A stretch of DNA of 64,000 nucleotides from contig CM119373.1 in the NCBI GenBank assembly GCA_051294905.1, positions 3,908,001-3,972,000 on the forward strand. Reading direction: 5' to 3'. Within the stretch, counting starts at the first letter, position 1. Each line of letters begins with the position of its first letter. The position numbers and the translations under genes are program-made. The notes under the pieces were generated by a model that saw only the letters and a list, made by a program, of their open reading frames with translations, had not been told where the DNA came from and made no database searches. Shown here one piece after another: positions 63,077-64,000 of the stretch. Origin of the DNA: Botryllus schlosseri (lineage: Eukaryota).

Positions 63077-63530
63077 GATTAACTAATTATATGTTCATTG
63101 GACATGCTATAGGTACGATAATGATAATGTTCTGCAAAAAAAGACAGCGTGATGGGTCCCGTCTGTCTCCAATGCAGAGTTGCAGGCTATAAGTACAAAA
63201 TTTTCTGCTTTTCTAAATCTAGTTAAAACGATAATTACGTTATTCCTAATCAGATTTGAATTACTGAATCCACACCGAGTTAGACAAAAATACAACATAA
63301 ATCATGTTCAGTTCATTTCATATTACAGTTCACTTTCACAACCATAAGAATGGCAAATGCCTGCACACCAAGCTTCGCTCGTTACAAACTATAAGTTCTC
63401 CTGCAGCATTTTCTAGAAAACCAGTGATTAGATTGTGAGAGGAGGAATCAACTGTATTAAAATATATCAACCTGATTTGTGCCAACAGAAGAAGTTCATT
63501 TACCATCTTAAAATAGTACATTGAGCTTAC

Positions 63531-63580
63531 GCGATCTCTGCACCTCGATTATTCAAAATTTATTGCCAGTGACGTCATAT
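63531..63580 (-). promoter_or_regulatory. Putative NARS2 5'-UTR exon end with a CRE-like site
   Basis: Strong minus-strand donor GTAAGC at 63530 and a palindromic TGACGTCA at 63570-63577. Confidence 0.3.
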
Positions 63581-64000
63581 TTTGTGATACGATTGTTGAT
63601 GTTCTTTTGTATTCTCTATTAGTTGCTGACAATTATCGCTGACAAATTCGGGTTTATATCCATATTATTCAATTGTATATATGTAGAAATTAGATTGAAA
63701 TTAAGAGCACATAAACATTTCCCAAATTAGAATCGAATGAGATTTCTGGCATTTCACTTTAATTGGACATTAGGGCTATTCAAAAATAAACTTTTCCTTC
63801 AGATTTCACTGGCTACTTGATAAAATTGTTAGGTTGGTGAAAAAAAACGCTGCACACCAACTTTGGCTCAATTCCAACAATTAGAAGCAAAATTCTTGCA
63901 GTAGAAAGTTTTGAATTTATCATTAAAAAAAATTGAAAAATGAAATTTCAAAATATTTCTGTCGACGCCATAAAATTGTTAGGCTGTCAGTAGAGATGAC

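Overview
This is AT-rich, intron-containing animal DNA; gene style and repeat content suggest a marine invertebrate, probably a tunicate (inference). I reconstructed five genes by hand using splice-site and phase matching. (1) A minus-strand secreted metalloprotease has 9 coding exons (799-9994) and continues past the window start; its domain order is signal peptide / F5-8C discoidin / antistasin-like / astacin pro-peptide / astacin. (2) An intact but highly divergent forkhead (Fox) gene has 5 or more exons (20589-22988, minus). (3) A decayed spliced DUF4806-type gene lies at about 52.9-56.0 kb (plus). (4) TMEM167/kish (59044-59259) and (5) mitochondrial Asn-tRNA ligase NARS2 (61655-63076) both have intronless coding sequences. 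The rest is a dense, nested set of DNA transposons (hAT-type with 8-bp TSDs, Kolobok, TTAA-type, foldbacks) and tRNA-derived SINEs. The main discovery is that the Fox gene and a decayed NACHT-LRR-like gene lie inside a 25.4-kb segment (14747-40193) bounded by 14-bp TIRs and a perfect 8-bp TSD. That segment splits a ~0.9-kb MITE (14223-40575) with its own perfect TSD, and an uninterrupted copy of the MITE interior is present at 53.8-54.2 kb. This is a candidate giant cargo-carrying hAT-type transposon that moved a transcription-factor gene.
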